From contig JAWCLG010000003.1 in assembly GCA_038851075.1 (NCBI GenBank), forward strand, positions 40,973 to 104,972: a stretch of DNA of 64,000 nt, read 5' to 3'. The stretch is from Candidatus Hadarchaeales archaeon. GTDB taxonomy: Archaea > Hadarchaeota > Hadarchaeia > Hadarchaeales > Hadarchaeaceae. Of this stretch, positions 61,568 to 64,000 are shown in pieces. The notes beneath the pieces are model-generated. The model saw only the letters and a list, made by a program, of their open reading frames with translations, had not been told where the DNA came from and searched no databases. The translations under genes and the position numbers were made by a program. Numbering within the stretch: position 1 is the first letter of the stretch; every line of letters starts with the position of its first letter.

Positions 61568-61993
61568 ATGAAGCGCTTCGAGTGGATCGAGCATCCATCC
61601 GACATAGGCTTCAGGGCATACGGCCAGGACCTTGCGGAGGCATTCGAAAACGCTGGGCTTGCGCTGTTTGAAATAATGACTGACACATCGAAAGTTGAGC
61701 CAAAAGAGGAGAGGAGGATAGAGCTGGAGGCTGAAGACGAGGGGGCCCTTCTATACGACTGGATCGACAGGCTCCTCTACCTCCACGACTCCGAGCACCT
61801 TCTGATGTCCAAATTTGAAGTTAACATCGCGAAGGGCAAAAAGAGGCTGAGCTTGGCAGGTAGGGCATGGGGGGAACTATTTGATCCGAAGAAGCATGAA
61901 AGCAGGACTGCTGTGAAGGCCATGACGTACCACATGATGGAGATCAAACATGAGAAAGGTATGCACTCAGTACAAGCGGTGGTGGACATATAG
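61568..61993 (+). CDS. Archease (RtcB activator)
   Basis: FEWIEHPSDIG, AFENAG, VKAMTYH, C-terminal VDI; directly upstream of rtcB. Confidence 0.95.
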   Translation: MKRFEWIEHPSDIGFRAYGQDLAEAFENAGLALFEIMTDTSKVEPKEERRIELEAEDEGALLYDWIDRLLYLHDSEHLLMSKFEVNIAKGKKRLSLAGRAWGELFDPKKHESRTAVKAMTYHMMEIKHEKGMHSVQAVVDI

Positions 61994-62116
61994 CCGCAGC
62001 TTGATTGACTTGTTTATATGCGGGGAAAGAGCTTTCCATTATTGTAGCGAAATCTGCCCTCCTTTCAACCAAAAGGTAAATAATAACATCCTCACCTCAC
62101 TTACTCAGGTGAAAAA

Positions 62117-64000
62117 ATGATATCGCTAGGTGGAATAAAGCAAATCGACGAGGTCCGCTGGGAGATTCCACAGGATTACAAGCGCGGCATGAGAGTTCCA
62201 GCGCGCATCTACGCTGACGCCGATATGCTGAACGAGATGCGCAAAGACCTAACGCTCGAACAGGCCGCAAATGTGAGCTTCCTGCAGGGCATCTATAAGT
62301 ATTCGATAACACTCCCCGATGGGCATCAGGGCTATATGAGCCATGCTTAGGCATGCTCAGGCTAAGGATTCCCCATCGGTGGAGTTGCCGCCACAGATGC
62401 CGAAACTGGCGTCATCAGTCCTGGGGGAGTCGGGTATGATATCAACTGCCTTCCGGGAAATAGCAAGGTTTTGACATCCCTCGGGTACCGAACCAAAATC
62501 GAAAAAGTTTGCCTGGGAACCCGTGTGGCCGTACTAAATCAAAACCACGCCAAGCCTGCTGAAGTTATTTTGACACTCAACAGGGATGAGCATACCCTAC
62601 AAAAAATCAAGACAGGTGCGGGGTTCGAATTGATTTCCACCTTGGACCATCCAATTCTGACCAGAGAAGGCATGAAAGAGGCCTGGAAACTCTCATTAGG
62701 CGAAGAGGTTGGGATTCACCCATTTGAAGGCGTTGAGTATGAAGATCCGAAGGAATTTGAGATCTTATCGGAAAAAAACTTCAGGGGAGCTGTCATAGAG
62801 GAGTTAAAGAAACGGAAGTTGCTGCCCCTCACTTCTAAAAACGAGAAGCTGCCGTATATCGTAAAAATATTCGGTTACCTGCTGGGAGACGGAGTCATCT
62901 ACGACAAATATGTGGTGTTTTACGGCGAGAGGGCTGATTTGGAGGATATATCAAGAGACATACAAATTTTGGGATATACGGGCGGAGTATATGAAAGACG
63001 GCGGGAACACCACGTCAAAGGATACAACTTCACCAGAAACGAGACCTTTTTGAAGGTTTCTGCCAAGAGCCTTGCCGAACTTATGTGGGCGCTTGGTTAC
63101 CCAAGAGGAAACAAAACTAAAACAGATTTCTGTGTTCCAGCATGGCTGCTTAAACTGCCAAAGTGGCTGAAAAGACTCTTTTTGGCTGCATATTTCGGGG
63201 CTGAGATGTCTAAACCAAAAACTATGAACGGCTACAACTTCTACATGCCAGAGATAAAACTATCTAAAAAGAAAGGAAATGAAAAGAACGGTCTAGAGTT
63301 TCTGCAGCAGCTACAGGAGATGCTCAAAGAGTTTGGTGTGGATTCAACTCTTTCCATAGCCGAGGAAACAGGGAATAGCGTGAGTTTTAGAGTTTTAATT
63401 AAAGGAGATCTTGAAAATCTAACCAAACTGTGGTCCCAAGTAGGATACGAATACAATAGGAAACGAAGAGAACTCGCCATGGCAGCCGTCGTCTATCTAA
63501 AATTAAAACAGGCCATCATCAACGAAAGGGAGCGCCTGAGGGAGAAAATACGGGAAGAACGTGGAAAGAGCGGTGACAACGAGCTATTGCGAAAATATCG
63601 AGATACTATCAACAAAAAATTCGTTGAAAGTCTGTACGAGAAAACTAAAGGGGCAAGGCCACCCACGCGCTACATGAAATTTGAAGAGTTCGTGAAGAGG
63701 TTTTCGGAGGGGGAAATTGTTTACGATAGAATCGTGCAGATCGAGAGGCTCGAACATCGGGGCCGTGTGTATGACTTCACGGTCGATAATGAGAACCACA
63801 ACTTCGTTGCGGATTCTTTTGTGGTTTCGAACTGTGGCGTACGCCTGCTGCGGACAGATTTGAACTCCTCCGACGTTAAGCCAAAACTACGCCAGCTCGT
63901 CGAAACCCTCTTCCGAAACGTCCCTTCCGGGCTCGGAAGCACCGGACACATGAAACTCACACCGGCCCAACTCGATCAGGTACTGGAGAACGGGGCGAAA
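62117..64000 (+). CDS. rtcB: tRNA-splicing ligase RtcB, interrupted by a 30-nt putative intron and an intein; 3' end beyond window
   Basis: MRVPARIYA...LPDGHQGY (to 62335) | GFPIGGVAA...SPGGVGYDIN (62366-62446) | intein | CGVRLLRT...PSGLGS. Confidence 0.93.
62336..62365 (+). other. Putative BHB-type mRNA intron in rtcB
   Basis: ATGAGCCATGCTTAGGCATGCTCAGGCTAA; in-frame TAG and TAA; internal hairpin; GGCU/GGCU central helix with AU^A and AA^G bulges. Confidence 0.8.
62447..63832 (+). mobile_element. Intein (462 aa) with LAGLIDADG-type homing endonuclease, inserted at RtcB DIN|CGVR
   Basis: Block A CLPGNSKVLT, block B TLDHPILT, IFGYLLGDG and FLAAYFGAE motifs, block F/G VYDFTV...HNFVADSFVVSN/C. 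Confidence 0.93.

Noticed and set aside
62117-62350. Stand-alone 77-aa ORF, rtcB pseudogene, or stop-codon readthrough
   Set aside because: The downstream frame continues with intact RtcB motifs, the insert holds two different stops, and BHB geometry predicts the exact junction. A weak flanking repeat (TCAGGGCTA/TCAGGCTA) was noted, so a duplication origin is not fully excluded

Overview
Archaeal chromosomal window. The core gene order (rpoH-rpoB unsplit-rpoA'-rpoA''-rpl30e-nusA, top6B/A, aIF5A, rpl18e-rpl13-rps9-rpoN) and form III RuBisCO suggest an anaerobic Euryarchaeota-grade lineage such as Hadarchaeota; this assignment is inference only. The window holds an RNA polymerase operon, a tRNA/5S cluster, nadXAC, an acyl-CoA/aldehyde cluster, a ~21 kb glycan-utilisation island (35.1-56.0 kb), a ribosomal operon and an archease-rtcB pair at the right edge. 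The main result is that rtcB, the RNA ligase that completes archaeal intron splicing, is interrupted in its PDxHxGYGFPIGG motif by a 30-nt stop-containing insert. The insert folds as a bulge-helix-bulge (BHB)-like intron, and the predicted cut sites restore GY|GFP exactly, so this is a candidate self-referential mRNA splicing switch; the gene also carries a LAGLIDADG intein. Four of the six tRNAs carry five BHB introns, including one in the 3' acceptor strand (68/69) of tRNA-Asp and a sequentially spliced pair around a 2-nt exon in tRNA-Tyr. Other leads are an AOR-hexulose-6-phosphate synthase fusion, an HTH-lectin regulator with a candidate operator, a SipW/TasA-like fibre module, an unannotated histone and a hyper-acidic micro-ORF. 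All family assignments come from motif recognition by eye; no searches were run.
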